A stretch of DNA of 64,000 nucleotides from Takakia lepidozioides. Taxonomy: Eukaryota > Plantae > Bryophyta. The position numbers and the translations under genes are program-made. The notes under the pieces were generated by a model. That model had not been told where the DNA came from. It was given only the letters and a program-made list of their open reading frames with translations, and searched no databases. The stretch lies in the NCBI GenBank assembly GCA_030704615.1, contig CM060733.1:56730001-56794000 (forward strand). Direction: 5' to 3'. Numbering within the stretch: position 1 is the first letter of the stretch; every line of letters starts with the position of its first letter. This document shows positions 1 through 12,313 of this stretch, one piece after another.

Positions 1-475
1 GACTTTTGGCATCACGGGGGGGGGGAATGAAGCGGAGAGCGCATCTCTGAGTAGAAAGAGGGAGAGCACGGAGTAGGAGGAGAACGATCTGTTGATGCTT
101 GATGAATGCAAGCAGTAGAGTTGTAATGTAGAGCAGATTAGAGACTCCATGGCTTCAGCCTGATACTTGATAGATATTAATCTGATACATACTTCATACT
201 CACACTGTGTAGAGAGACCTGAGTGAAGCTGTGGAAATGAATGGATGGAACTTGATAGATTTCTGAAGCAAACTGATACTTAATTGCAGATAGTAAGGTA
301 ACTCGCTAACATGAATGTGGGAAGGAGTACAAATAGGAACACCCCCATGATACACTAGCTGTAGGTCATGACTGATTGTTCTGAGCGGGCTGAGTGCTTA
401 GAGAATTCCAACTCTTCTATCTTGGAGTTCCCACCTCGGATAGCGAAGGGATGGGTGAGTAAAAGTCGCGCGACA
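1..475 (+). repeat. LTR (3' part, truncated by window edge) of Tat/Ogre-like Ty3/Gypsy family 1
   Basis: Homologous to the 3' halves of 1265-2225 and 9998-11032; ends ...GCGCGACA and is followed by TT plus a PBS. Confidence 0.85.
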
Positions 476-1063
476 TTTGGCGACCATACTGGGGAACTGG
501 GTCATGAACAACCAGATGTGACAGGCATCTGGTGGGATCATGGTGGATGGAGAATTAAAGAATTTGATGTGAACCAAATTTCCTGTGGAACTGAGAAGGA
601 AAGATTGTCTAAACAATTCTTTCAGAGGTTCTTGGAATTGCCAGACGGTTGTAAAGAAAACATTCTGAAGAGAGTGCATGATGCTGACCCGGAGTGGGGT
701 CTGGAGAAAGGAGTGATAAAGATTTATCAGGTGGCCTGTAGAGGAAGAGCACGTTGGTTACCAACACTGGTTTATGTGATAGCATTGCTATCCATTAAGC
801 GAGTAGAGTTTGAAGGCTGGGAGGAAAGAAAGGTGAATGTTTATACTCATATGCATGAAGAGCTTGTACTGGTAAAGAATTGGATTCCAAAGGATATCTT
901 GTGGATCAAACTCACACCAAGAACAGCTTTTCAGACTTGTTTACCATATGGGTATATGGTAATGGAGACTTCTAGTATATCCAGAGGAACATTGAAGCTT
1001 GAGAGAAACCCAGGCATATACGAGAGATATTACAGAAGAGAGTTTTGGTTATTGCCACATTAA
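368..1063 (+). CDS. Extra ORF upstream of gag (ORF0) of Gypsy family 1, function unknown
   Basis: Open 231-aa frame conserved at 2118-2813 and partly at 20415-20687 (-); the ATG lies inside the LTR, so the true start is uncertain. Confidence 0.6.
   Translation: MTDCSERAECLENSNSSILEFPPRIAKGWVSKSRATFGDHTGELGHEQPDVTGIWWDHGGWRIKEFDVNQISCGTEKERLSKQFFQRFLELPDGCKENILKRVHDADPEWGLEKGVIKIYQVACRGRARWLPTLVYVIALLSIKRVEFEGWEERKVNVYTHMHEELVLVKNWIPKDILWIKLTPRTAFQTCLPYGYMVMETSSISRGTLKLERNPGIYERYYRREFWLLPH
478..495 (+). promoter_or_regulatory. Primer-binding site TGGCGACCATACTGGGGA (tRNA-Arg-like)
   Basis: TGG-starting 18-mer 2 nt after the LTR end; identical copy at 2228-2245; resembles the TGGCGAC...TGGGGA PBS of Tat/Ogre elements. 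Confidence 0.75.
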
Positions 1064-1084
1064 TAGAAATGAAAGACATGGGAC

Positions 1085-1264
1085 ATGAGTGATGAAAGAG
1101 AAGCTAGACTCCAGAAATATTCAGCAAAAAGAGAAAGCTATCTGAAAGCTAATTATCCATATCTTTGGGAGAGGGGAATAGACATAGGGGAATCATCTGG
1201 ACCTCTCACACCATTAAGATCAGGGAGTACATCACCCATACCGGAAGAACTAGAGTTGGATGCC
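1085..1264 (+). pseudogene. gag N-terminus, cut off by the LTR starting at 1265
   Basis: MSDEREARLQKYSAKRESYL... matches the gag start at 2835; homology stops exactly at TGTTAG (1265). Confidence 0.75.
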
Positions 1265-2225
1265 TGTTAGAGGACTGTCTGGGACTTAGACACTTATACG
1301 GGATCTGTGGGGTACCCTTAATTTTTGCACAGACTGAGACCAACAGGAGCCTTAGGGGTGACAGCAGCGCACTTTAGAGGGGGGTTACACAGCCCGTCAC
1401 AGCCAACACAGCTCGTCACAGTCTGACACAGCCCGTCACAGTCCGACATAGCCAGACACAGCCAGACGCAACCGTCACAGCCAGTCACAGCTCGACACAG
1501 TCGACACAGCCCAACACAGTCGCACAGCCAGTCACAGCTGTCACGACCATAGGGAACGGATAGCAGGACAGGGAACGACTGTGAGGAACAACATCTGCGA
1601 ATGGAACATGTTAGTACACGGATGACGGTTAGTGAGGGAAACGGTTAGAACAACGGGTAGGAAGATAAAGCCACGAGCAAGGACGGGAGAAGGGGCACTT
1701 CTTGGGGGAATTATGGGAGATGAGGCGAGGGATCACTGCTGGGGGGGACTTCGGACATCACGGGAGGAAAGAGGGAGAGAGCGCATCTCTGAGCGGAAGG
1801 AGGGAGAGCACAGAGTATGAGGAGGACGATCTGTTGATGCTTAATGAATGCAAGCAGTAGAGTTGTAATGTAGAGCAGATTAGAGACTCCATGGCTTCAG
1901 CCTGATACTCGATAGATATTAATCTGATACATACTTCATACTGACACTGTGTAGAGAGATCTGAGTGAAGCTGTGGAATGAATGGATGAGTTGATGGGAT
2001 CCGATAGATTGCTGAAGCAAACTGATACTTAATTACCAACAGTAAGATAACTAGCTAACATGAATGTGGGAAGGAAAACAAATAGGAAACACCCCCATGA
2101 TACACTAGCTGTAGGTCATGACTGATTGTTCTGAGTGGGCTGAGTGCTTAGAGATTTCCAACTCTTCTATCTTGCAGTTTCCGCCTCGGATAGCGAAGGG
2201 ATGGGTGAGCAAAAGCCGCGTGACA
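1265..2225 (+). repeat. Complete LTR of Gypsy family 1 (5' LTR)
   Basis: TGTTAGAGG...GTGACA, followed by a PBS; same start as the LTR after the PPT at 9998; contains an ACACAGCC/GTCACAG minisatellite at about 1387-1545. Confidence 0.85.
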
Positions 2226-2813
2226 TTTGGCGACCATACTGGGGAACTGGGTCATGAACAACTAGATGTGACAGACATCTGGTGGGATCATGGTGGTTGG
2301 AGAATTAAAGAATTTGATGTGAATCAAATTCCTTGTGAAACTGAGAAGGAAAGATTATCTAAACGATTCTTTCAGAGGTTCTTGGAATTGCCAGACGGTT
2401 GTAAAGAAAACATTCTTAAGAGAGTGCATGATGCTGACCCTGAATGGGGTCTGGAGAAAGGAGTGATAAAGATTTATCAGGTGGCCTGTAGAGGAAGAGC
2501 ACGTTGGTTACCAACACTGGTTTATGTGATAGCATTGCTATCCATTAAGCGAGTAGAGTTTGAAGGCTGGGAGGAAAGAAAGGTGAATGTTTATACTCAT
2601 ATGCATGAAGAGCTTGTACTGGTAAAGAATTGGATTCCAAAGGATATCTTGTGGATCAAACTCACACCAAGAACAACTTTCCAGACAAGTTTGCCATATG
2701 GTTATATGGTAACGGAGACTTCTAGTATAGCCAAGGGTGCATTGAAGCTAGAAAGAAACCCAGGCATATACGAGAGATATTACAAAAGAGAGTTTTGGTT
2801 ATTGCCACATTAA
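2118..2813 (+). CDS. Extra ORF upstream of gag (ORF0), second copy
   Basis: 231-aa ORF highly similar to 368-1063. Confidence 0.6.
   Translation: MTDCSEWAECLEISNSSILQFPPRIAKGWVSKSRVTFGDHTGELGHEQLDVTDIWWDHGGWRIKEFDVNQIPCETEKERLSKRFFQRFLELPDGCKENILKRVHDADPEWGLEKGVIKIYQVACRGRARWLPTLVYVIALLSIKRVEFEGWEERKVNVYTHMHEELVLVKNWIPKDILWIKLTPRTTFQTSLPYGYMVTETSSIAKGALKLERNPGIYERYYKREFWLLPH
2228..2245 (+). promoter_or_regulatory. Primer-binding site (tRNA-Arg-like)
   Basis: TGGCGACCATACTGGGGA 2 nt after the LTR end. Confidence 0.75.
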
Positions 2814-2834
2814 AAGAAATGAAAGACATGGGAC

Positions 2835-3811
2835 ATGAGTGATGAAAGAGAAGCTAGACGCCAGAGATATTCAGCAAAAAGAGAAAGCTATCTGAAAGCT
2901 AATTATCCATATCTTTGGGAGAGAGGAATAGACATAGGGGAATCATCTGGACCTCTCACACCATTAAGATCAGAGAGTACATCACCCATACCGGAAGAAC
3001 TAGAGTTGGATGCCACTCCTTCTTTTTCTTTGCAAGAAAGATTAAGGGAATTGGTACTAGAAGAAGATCAATCACGAGGTGAAAGATCTGAGGTACATCC
3101 CTGGATAAAAGATTTGACAGAAATCTTTGATAAGAGTTGGCATGGAACACCAAAAGCAGGAACTCCAGTTTCTGAAGCGGAAGGTGAAGAGGGGAAGGAG
3201 AGGATGTGGCAGAGCCAACGGAGAGTTCAGACTCTCCAACACCATTGCAGTTGAGTTACATGAGTGAAGAAGAAACCCAGGGCAGAACTTGGAGGATGAA
3301 AACAGAGAGAAGAATTGGAAGAGGAAGAGTATGAAGAAGTAGACCCAACAGCTGAGGTTGAGACTACAACCAGGACATCCCAACCCGTTGGATCTGGATC
3401 AAGTGGAGCACTTGGATCACAGGCCAACGAAGGTGTCGGCTCAGGGGGATCAGGCGGGCTGCTTGGATCTGGCTCTGGGGGGACAGGAAGTGTGGGAAGT
3501 AGTGCAACTGAAGCTGGGAATACTGTGAATATCGTGGGGGCAGTAGCAGGGAGTGCTCAAGGGCCACCACTTGGTGGAAGATCCACCACAACAACAACAG
3601 GTCCAGCAGGACCAGCACCAGCAAGGGTGCCAGCACCTGTCAGTGGGCAGAAGGTAGGGCCACAGATGGCGTTACAACCAACACGGGCAAAACCACCTTT
3701 TCCAATATATTCAGGAAAAGGGGATCCCGATGTATACATTAGCCAATTTGAGCACATGTGTATAGTGAACAATGAGAATGGCGATGATGCCAAGATGAGA
3801 TTGTTTCCTTG
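2835..3811 (+). pseudogene. gag (frameshifted, truncated) of Gypsy family 1
   Basis: ORFs 2835-3254 and 3315-3836 end in PPFPIYSGKGDPDVYISQFEHMC...AKMRLFPC, a retrotransposon gag capsid start; the continuation is seen at 19073-19615. Confidence 0.8.
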
Positions 3812-5285
3812 TTGTGAACATCTCCCTTTCCAATAGCCTCTACAACAGCCTCCTTCAAGCCCCTACAATGCACAGAATAACTCGCTACTCTCGTTCTTGT
3901 TTCCCACAACTTCAACCTCAAGTCTCTCAACTCTTTCTTGTCCTTGATCACTTGATTGATAATCTCTGAATTGCCAAGATAATCCAACCTTCTTCTTCTT
4001 CCCGTGTCCCTCTCTCCTCTTGATTGAGTAGCAAGGATTATCTCTTTATAAATCTTCATTGTGAAGTCTCTTTCAGATGGAATTGAAGAACAAAAAGAAC
4101 ATCTCATGGCTGGAAAAGGTTCTCCATCCAGTGATATTCTCAAACAGTCTTTATATCGGAATGTACCAGCAATCACATGCGAGCGATGGTTAAGAATGAT
4201 GGTAGCATTGGTTAGAGGTTCGGCGTACCAATTGTTTCCTCTCTTGGTGTTTGCAAGAAATGGTTTGAGATTGACCTTGTCACGATTGTACTCCCACCAC
4301 TCGTCCCATAGGCCCCAACATAACATCAACTTCATTTTATTGCATTGGGACCCTTCCTGTGGTTGTCGAATGGGGGATGCATCTTCAATGTTGATGTCTA
4401 GTGGCAAGTCACGTGTTGAAACATCACCCTTCTCCATTGTAGATGAGAATGGAATGTTTGTTACAGTGCACTACAACATATCGCAGTATATATGACTGTA
4501 TATATGACTATCCCGTAGTCATAAACGGTACATATGACTGCGCTGACTGCAAGTCGTGCAAACCAAGTGAATACAATGATTACGAGATAGTCGGTCATGG
4601 ATGACTGCAGTCAGATGATACCGAGTGATACATCTCACTGTCATTTGGCATTCATATGTACTTCTACCATACATGACTTAGTGTGCTGCTGCAAACTGTA
4701 CACGCGTCTCTTTTTAATAAGTCGAGGAGGTTTTGTGGATGTGCGCCATATGGCGTCTTCAGAAACTGCCACGTGGCATATCCATGAGGAGGTCCTGCAG
4801 TCATTATCCTGACTACAACCATGCTAATATCTGGACACGTGGCACCGTATGAGTAGTTTATTTTGAACTTTAAATGTATTTAAAGTCATTCCCACGACTA
4901 TGCCTATAGGAGCTCATTGCCAGGTTTTTTCTCAAGGATATGACACGTGTCAATGTATGATGCGTATTGTGTAGTCATGGTGCCTACTGTAGAGTGGTTT
5001 GTTGGGTTGGACGCGTGGCATCAAATTAGTTGTTGAGAAATATTATTTGGAAATCACAAACCCCACCATCATTCACAGAAAGAACAAAGTCCAAAGCGCA
5101 AAGGACATAACAAAGGCACTGAAGGGACTGATTTCAGATGTAAAGATAGATTGTTTTAAAACATTGCCAGTCAGATTTACATGCACTCTTGTCCCAAATC
5201 GGCTTCCTCAAAACAGAGTCTAAAGGGGGCGAACATAACATACATGTTGCCCTCATAATCATTAATTTTTTTGCTTTGGCTCACT
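3812..5285 (-). mobile_element. Unidentified sequence replacing the rest of gag; carries a ~200-aa Cys/Trp-containing ORF (3739-4437, -) and CACGTG/ATGACT-rich repeats
   Basis: Abrupt loss of gag homology at about 3811; ORF contains CxxC (RCSFC); repeated GACACGTGGC/TGCCACGTGG and ATGACT motifs at 4480-5020. Confidence 0.35.
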
Positions 5286-5785
5286 NNNNNNNNNNNNNNN
5301 NNNNNNNNNNNNNNNNNNNNNNNNNNNNNNNNNNNNNNNNNNNNNNNNNNNNNNNNNNNNNNNNNNNNNNNNNNNNNNNNNNNNNNNNNNNNNNNNNNNN
5401 NNNNNNNNNNNNNNNNNNNNNNNNNNNNNNNNNNNNNNNNNNNNNNNNNNNNNNNNNNNNNNNNNNNNNNNNNNNNNNNNNNNNNNNNNNNNNNNNNNNN
5501 NNNNNNNNNNNNNNNNNNNNNNNNNNNNNNNNNNNNNNNNNNNNNNNNNNNNNNNNNNNNNNNNNNNNNNNNNNNNNNNNNNNNNNNNNNNNNNNNNNNN
5601 NNNNNNNNNNNNNNNNNNNNNNNNNNNNNNNNNNNNNNNNNNNNNNNNNNNNNNNNNNNNNNNNNNNNNNNNNNNNNNNNNNNNNNNNNNNNNNNNNNNN
5701 NNNNNNNNNNNNNNNNNNNNNNNNNNNNNNNNNNNNNNNNNNNNNNNNNNNNNNNNNNNNNNNNNNNNNNNNNNNNNNNNNNNNN
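5286..5785. other. Assembly gap (500 N)
   Basis: Run of N. Confidence 1.
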
Positions 5786-8700
5786 ACACATAATACTTCA
5801 GTAAAATGGCTGACGAAGAGGAAACGGAAATTACTTTAAAAATGGACACTTCGTCGGGTGCGACACAACCGAGAAGGAAGTGCAAGAACAGGTGTCAAAA
5901 AGAAGAGGACAAGAACGGCCGTCAAAAGGGATGAAGGCGGGCCCATTAATGAGTACGGAAAAGGGAACGGAACGAACGGCAAGTACAAAAAGCGGAATTC
6001 TTGTCACAAATGTGTGATCCTAGTGGACTATCCACAAGGAAAGTCCACTAAAGAAGATAAAATTTACAATCCAGTCACAGCGGATACAGCCAATAGAAAA
6101 CCAGAGAAAGGAACAAGAAAATGGAGGGATATTGAGCGCAAGAAGTCGGCATCGTTCGGAGTAACGGGCGTCTCGACAGGACAGACCATAATGCTATACT
6201 TGGAAACTTTGAGGAACTAACAGACTATACGCTCGCAATATTACTTACGCATTGGCATAGACACGAAAAGGACTAGCGGCCTGTTTCTCTTGAGCGATGC
6301 TTGCAAGCCCTGCAGGCTTACAAGAAATTACCCATAGCTTTCTGCGGCAACCATAACGTTTCCTTCTTTGTGCACTACAAGCATTCCTAACAGTTGTTAC
6401 AAAATTTTTTTCGGTGATCTAAAATGAAGAGAGTGAGAGGCATTAGGAAATCAGGGTGAAGAGCACACGATTCTGCAGAACAAACATTGCTACCCCACAG
6501 GCGATACAATACTGAGTAGCTGAGATTGCAAGGATTGCAAAGCCTAGATTGACACTACCCATAGACAGTACATGTTACAATTTTTTGCAGAACTTTGAGC
6601 CAATGACAGGAACAACAACGGTGAAAGTGAGTTGAATTGATGATTACTCCCCTATACCTCCACCGCAATTGTTTGCGATGCCAGCAGGTCAGGTGCCATG
6701 TGGAGCAACACAGGGCAAGACTGCAAATAGAGGACTTATTCCAAGAAGGGATTTCTTTAAAACTCATGGTTATGTTTGTACCAAGGCTGTGTACCCAGGG
6801 TTAACAGAGGTAGGCCAGGTATTGAAACTTTCTGATTGCATGAAACAAAACCACCAGTATTTGAGCAGATCCTTCACGGAGGAAATACTCAAAGGCCTGA
6901 AAGGGCGAGAGGTACAATTAGGCGGACATAATGTACAACGCACTAGTAGAGGAGATGAAAAGATTACACGGTACTACCGCAAAGTTCTCCTATAATAGTG
7001 TCTGGCCCAATCATTGCTCAAATAATCCTTGATTCTGGCATACTTAATGCACAAGAAGTAAAGGCAATGGGCGGGTTTTGAGCCAGAAACAACTCAATGG
7101 AAGAGCAAGGCTCTTTCACAGTGAGGGTGGACTAGCACACAACCCGAGACTAAGAACAAGAAGGGGAAAGACTGTAGTGGCGGTTCCACTGGCTTCACGG
7201 ATTCCGCATGATAATGTTTCCCAAGCTCATGGCCAGGAAGGGGCCAGCAGCACAGAGAATGCTATTACTGGGAAGCAGGACCTTCAGAGAGGGAGGAGGA
7301 AGTTACTACTCTGCATCACAACCACACAGCCACTTGAACGACTTGTCACAAGGTCACAAGTTATCCATGCAGCTCAACCCGAAATAATTGATTTGGAAAG
7401 TGAAGGGCTAGATATTCCAACTACAGAACAGATAGTGGCAGAAATAGAGAAAGGGACCTTCTCTATGAATATCTTGTTCTGGTCAAGGAGACAGAATCCC
7501 AGAGGTGCAAACAGTTGCCCAAGGGAATCCTGAGGTGCATATAATACACACACCTGTGTCGGAGGTACACAGGCGGAAGTCATGACACTGTAGCACCGGT
7601 TATAGATGAAGTAGTTCAGGAAGAAAATCCGGTGGGACAATGGCCTGAATGGTTAGTGAGACATCATACTGTTGAAGATCAGGAGGAGCAGCAAGCAACC
7701 TCACCATGATGACCCTCAACAGACAATGCTGATGATTCCTTCCTAGGCATGACACTTAATTTTTATTGGGACTTATGGTCAAATCCCATGTTCCAATTAC
7801 CCAATTGACAGCCTTGAAAGAGGAACTCAGGAAGGAGTTTGAGGCTCGACTTGTCACTGAGTGTGCAAACAAGGTCGATGAAGGAGTCACTCTCAAGATG
7901 AAAGCAGGACTTGGGAATACAGAATGGCTTTGCAATTGCCAAGCAACAATTGATTGAGGCAGCAGGCCTCGCGCAAGACCAGTTGCACGAAGCACTAAGC
8001 AACAGCTATACCAAATGCAGGTGCAGCATGAAAGCCAGTTGCAAGAACTGAATGCACTACACACGGAGTTGTGACAGTGCATAACATGATGGGGATATAC
8101 AATGTGCTACGTTTATAACTATGCTTTACCAATCTACTAAAAAAATAAACGTCAAGCGTAAAAATGTACGAAGGCTAGAGAAGAGAATTTTGAGCAAATG
8201 AAAGCTCATTGTCGATATGAAGACTACAATCTGTCGTCAATGAAGATACTTTCAAGCATACAGGCAGATGGAAGCTGATCAGAGAAACACATCGTGGAGT
8301 TGCAACACGCATCATGGCCAATAGAATGAAATCGCGGTCATTAACAAAGCTTGGAAAGGAAGCCAATAATCTACTTGCTGCTTATGCGCAATTGGTTGAA
8401 CCACAGGCGAAGCGCATGGAGGCTTTACAACAGTAGTTGGAATTGTACAAGCTAAGAGAGGAGCAAACTCTCAGGGGAACCACAAGCAGCTTGGTTGATA
8501 GCAGCCTTATGCAGGTCTGGTTATTTCACAAGGGCCAGTAGAGGGCAAAGCCCCACGGAAGCTCACCCAAAGCGAGATGAATGAGCTCAGGCTCAGGTGC
8601 AAACATTGCCACAACTACTATAGACAATGTCTATATAGGATAGCAAGTTACAAGAGGATGTAGACGGACTCCAGACTCAGTCGAAGAACTCTCACTTCAA

Positions 8701-9981
8701 ACAATCGACCAAAGTCTATATCCCTCATGAACAGCTAATGGCTTCTTATTTACAAGCCAGAACTTTGCTTTTCAGTCTTCACAGGAGGTGCAGGAGATGC
8801 CAATGATAACAAGAGCCGTACCACCACCACCACAACAAGTCACTGTACCAGTAGCTGAACCTGTGGTTACTACAAGCACACCACAGCCACCACACGCCGG
8901 AGGTATGGGGCAATGCCGCTTTAACCCACCTAAAACTCTCAGCTGCAAGGGAGTACAGCAGGGCTATGCTTATGCCCTTCAACAAATTCCCGCATGTTGA
9001 ATTTGGCTTGGGAAAGAATTTAGTCCTCCGCAGTCATTCGCACATTACTACCAAATCATGCGTATTTGGCTGCCAGTGGCAACTAGGACTAAAGTTCTCC
9101 AAACAATCGACATATTGAGATCATCACTTTGCACAATACTGGCACGAGGCAAGGTACCATGTTTGAGGGAATTGTTGCTTTCCAGGTTGTACATGGACTC
9201 ATTTATACCAGACCAAGGAGATAGCAATATTGTCATGGGGTGCGGGCTATACTACGCTGCTTGTTTTCTGGTACGTTACCACATTGAGCAACAAAAGATG
9301 CAAACAACGCTTTCAAAGTTAGCCAGTGGAGATCATTGGGTATTACCTTCGGTGCACCTCTCATATGTACCTATATGACCAAAAGTTATGATGCAAAGGA
9401 TTCTCAAATTTCGTTCATGGTTTCAAGCTGCCTGCAACCATTGTCAATACAGACATTCGGCATGATGACATTTTCTATAAGGGACATGTGGCATGGAGTA
9501 CTTGCACGCTGCACCACCAGTAATTGGTACCCGCCACTCCCTGGACAACAAGGAGCTCAGTGTCTACCACCAATTTTGGCTGTTCAGCGGTTACACAAGT
9601 TTTAAATGCAAACTTCCAGACATGGTAGGACAACATTGTATGCCCCAGTATGATTCCACAAAAGGTTCGAAATTAAAACATCTGAGAGGTGATGAGGATC
9701 TGATACAACTGTTTCTTCACAGGGTTCTTTGACATGGGAGAAGACTATGCAATTCAGATGGCAGAAAAGAAGCGACGGGGTCTCCTATGCCGGAAAGGTT
9801 ACCTCGATATCAGCCTCCAGAGGGCCTCACTTATCCAGGTAGTGATCAACCATCTCCGTCAACCAGAGACCGACCTCGGGCTCGTACACACAGTCCGCCA
9901 ACGAAACTCTCAACGTCACAAGGTGCTCACTCACAAAGGTTGTGCTACTTGGAACAGTAAACCGTGAGGACACGGCTTTTT
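5786..9981 (+). pseudogene. Degenerate 3' internal region of Gypsy family 1, with remnants of an additional sense-strand coiled-coil ORF
   Basis: Lies directly upstream of the PPT and 3' LTR; 7420-8110 is homologous to 16726-17410 (VKSHVP...LAALREEL...ECANKVDE); many frameshifts. Confidence 0.55.
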
Positions 9982-9997
9982 GAGGGGGAAGGGGTAA
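9982..9997 (+). promoter_or_regulatory. Polypurine tract
   Basis: GAGGGGGAAGGGGTAA immediately before the LTR start TGTTAG. Confidence 0.85.
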
Positions 9998-11032
9998 TGT
10001 TAGAGGACTGTCGGGATTTAGACACTTATACGGGATCTGTAGGGTACCCTTAAATTTTGCACAGACTGAGACCAACAGGAGCCTTAGGGGTGACAGCAGC
10101 GCACTGTAGAGGGGGTTACCAGTCGTCACACACAAGCCCACACAGCCGTCACAGCCCACACAGCCAACACAGCCCGTCACAGTCGTCACAGCCAACACAC
10201 CCAACACAGCCCGTCACAGCCGTCACAGTCGTCACAGTCGACATAGCCAACACAGCCGTCACAGTCGTCACAGCAGTCACAGTCGACACAGCCAACACAG
10301 TCGTCACAGCAGACACAGCCGACACAGCCGACACAGCCGGACACAGCCAACACACCAGTCAAGCCACGTCACAGTTTCACACAGCCAGTCACAGCTTGAC
10401 ACAGCTGTCACGATCATAGGAACGAAGAGTAGGACAGGAACGACTGTGGGACAACACCTGCGAATGGAACATGTTAGTTCACAGACGACGGTTAGTGAGG
10501 AAAACGGTTAGAACCGCGGATAGGAAGATAAAGGGGGACTTCGGGGGGAGATGAGGATCATTATTCGGAGGAGGACTTCTTAGTCAGGCTGGAGCGGAGA
10601 TCGGAAGCAAAGATGGAGAGCACGGTGAAGGAGGAAAGAGGATTAGTAGATGCTTGTTATATGCAAAGCTGTAGTGATATTGTAGAGCAGATTAGAGACA
10701 CAATGGCTTCGGCCTGATACCTGATAAATCATAATCTGATACTTATACGATACAATCACACTGGTAGAGAGATCTGAGTGAAGCTGTGGATTGAATGGAT
10801 GAGTGAAGGAAACCGATAGATTGATGAAGCAACTGATACTTAATTATCAATGGTAAGGTAGCTAAGATGAATGCGGAAAGGGAAACAAATAGGAAACACC
10901 CCCATGATACACTAGCTGTAGGTCATGACTGATTGTTCTGCGCGGGCTGAGTACTTAGAGATTTCCAACTCTTCTATCTTGGAGTTTCCGCCTCGGATAG
11001 CGAAGGGATGGGTGAGTAAAAACCGCGCGACA
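9998..11032 (+). repeat. 3' LTR of Gypsy family 1
   Basis: TGTTAGAGG...GCGCGACA; preceded by a PPT, not followed by a PBS; expanded ACACAGCC minisatellite at about 10120-10410. Confidence 0.88.
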
Positions 11033-11229
11033 GGCCCACTGTGAAAATGTCCTTCTACCAAGGGGGCGCTATCGATAAACACGACATCCTCGTTAGTTTC
11101 AACCGGGCGACAGAAACCACTGACATTTTGTTCAAAATAGGCACCCGGTCACTCAGGAGGTCCTTGAGAGGCCAGTTAGAGTTCCTTCTTCTTGGGAGAG
11201 GGGACCATAGGTCTTGCATGCTAGAGTAG
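11033..11229 (+). pseudogene. ORF X C-terminal part (A1)
   Basis: PTVKMSFYQGGAIDKHDILVS aligns with PTVTLSMYDGGMNDGHDIVVS of ORF 21488-22189. Confidence 0.65.
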
Positions 11230-11893
11230 ACATGTTTCGACTCGCCGACACTCATGGCACATACATTTTCATTCAGAAATCAAGCAGCTTCCCTGTGCCA
11301 TATGGGGAATATACATGCTTGGATAATCTTCTGTTAAGGTTTTTTGCAATTCACTGCCAGTATGCTGGGACATGTCCTTTGTCATATGGATTGCTGTTTG
11401 CACAAGGTGCAGTATGCAAATGCTGGGATGTGCAGTAGGACCCTTCCCACTGGGACACAGAACTAGCAATCTTGTAAAGGCATCACATTTGCAGAACAGT
11501 AACAATGTATTTGTAGCAAATTGGAGTCTTCTCATAAAGGTGGACGAAAACGCCAGGATGGGCTGCGAAATCACTACAATTTGAATGAAGAGCAGTAATA
11601 AGGAAGCACTATGCAGTACACAGACCATAAACGGCGCTGAAATAGGCCTCAATGCTCGTTAATCTCCACACAATGTATGCTTTACTCGGATCCATTTGTA
11701 GACAACCAAAAAAAAAAAAACATGCGCATGCCATTCATGGCCAAAAACCACATTATCATCTATTGCGGCACCGAAATTCACCTGTAGCCATGGCGATGCG
11801 GCACCACCAAGTGTATAATTCCTCACAAAAAAATAGGGTGCAAGAAGATGAATGTAATATAATTGCCACTTTCTCCTTCCCGAATGTGGAATG

Positions 11894-12313
11894 TCAAGCA
11901 GTCCGACCAGTATCCTGCCGTAGGGCCTTGTGCAGCTCGTTGAAACTCAGTGTTGGAGCATGGATGAAGACGTCCATTGCGGATATGCAACTCATGCGCT
12001 TCAGAAAAATGTAATAAATGTGTTTGCAGGGGACGTATGCTGCATTCTTCGATTCCATAACAATGAAGTTCTTACAGTTGCAAGCTGGGTACTGTGAAAC
12101 CGTGATTGCATACACGACACTGCGCGCAGCAGACCCGGCTGTTGACAACTGAAATATGCGCCCCATCCCGGGGTGAGGAACATCCCTGCAACCTTGAACT
12201 ATGCAGGGCATTGCAAGAGCGTTGGTCATCCTGGTGTCGTTCACCTTTGTTGGTGGCCGCCGTCTTTTCAGTTTTCCCCACCGATGGGTGGGCCAAGCTG
12301 CGGGGTCACCCAC
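11894..12313 (-). pseudogene. MULE transposase C-terminal remnant with SWIM zinc finger (A1)
   Basis: PTHRWGKLKRRRPP...PACNCKNF...VPCKHIYYIF (CxC-xn-CxH), homologous to the C-termini of the transposases at 44995-48426 and 58715-62157. Confidence 0.85.

Noticed and set aside
478-495. tRNA gene
   Set aside because: Only an 18-nt tRNA-complementary primer-binding site, with no cloverleaf.
5177-5885. ORFs of 177-216 aa spanning the N run
   Set aside because: Artefacts of the assembly gap.
10057-10419. Thr/Val/Ala- or His/Ser-rich ORFs
   Set aside because: Translation of the LTR minisatellite.
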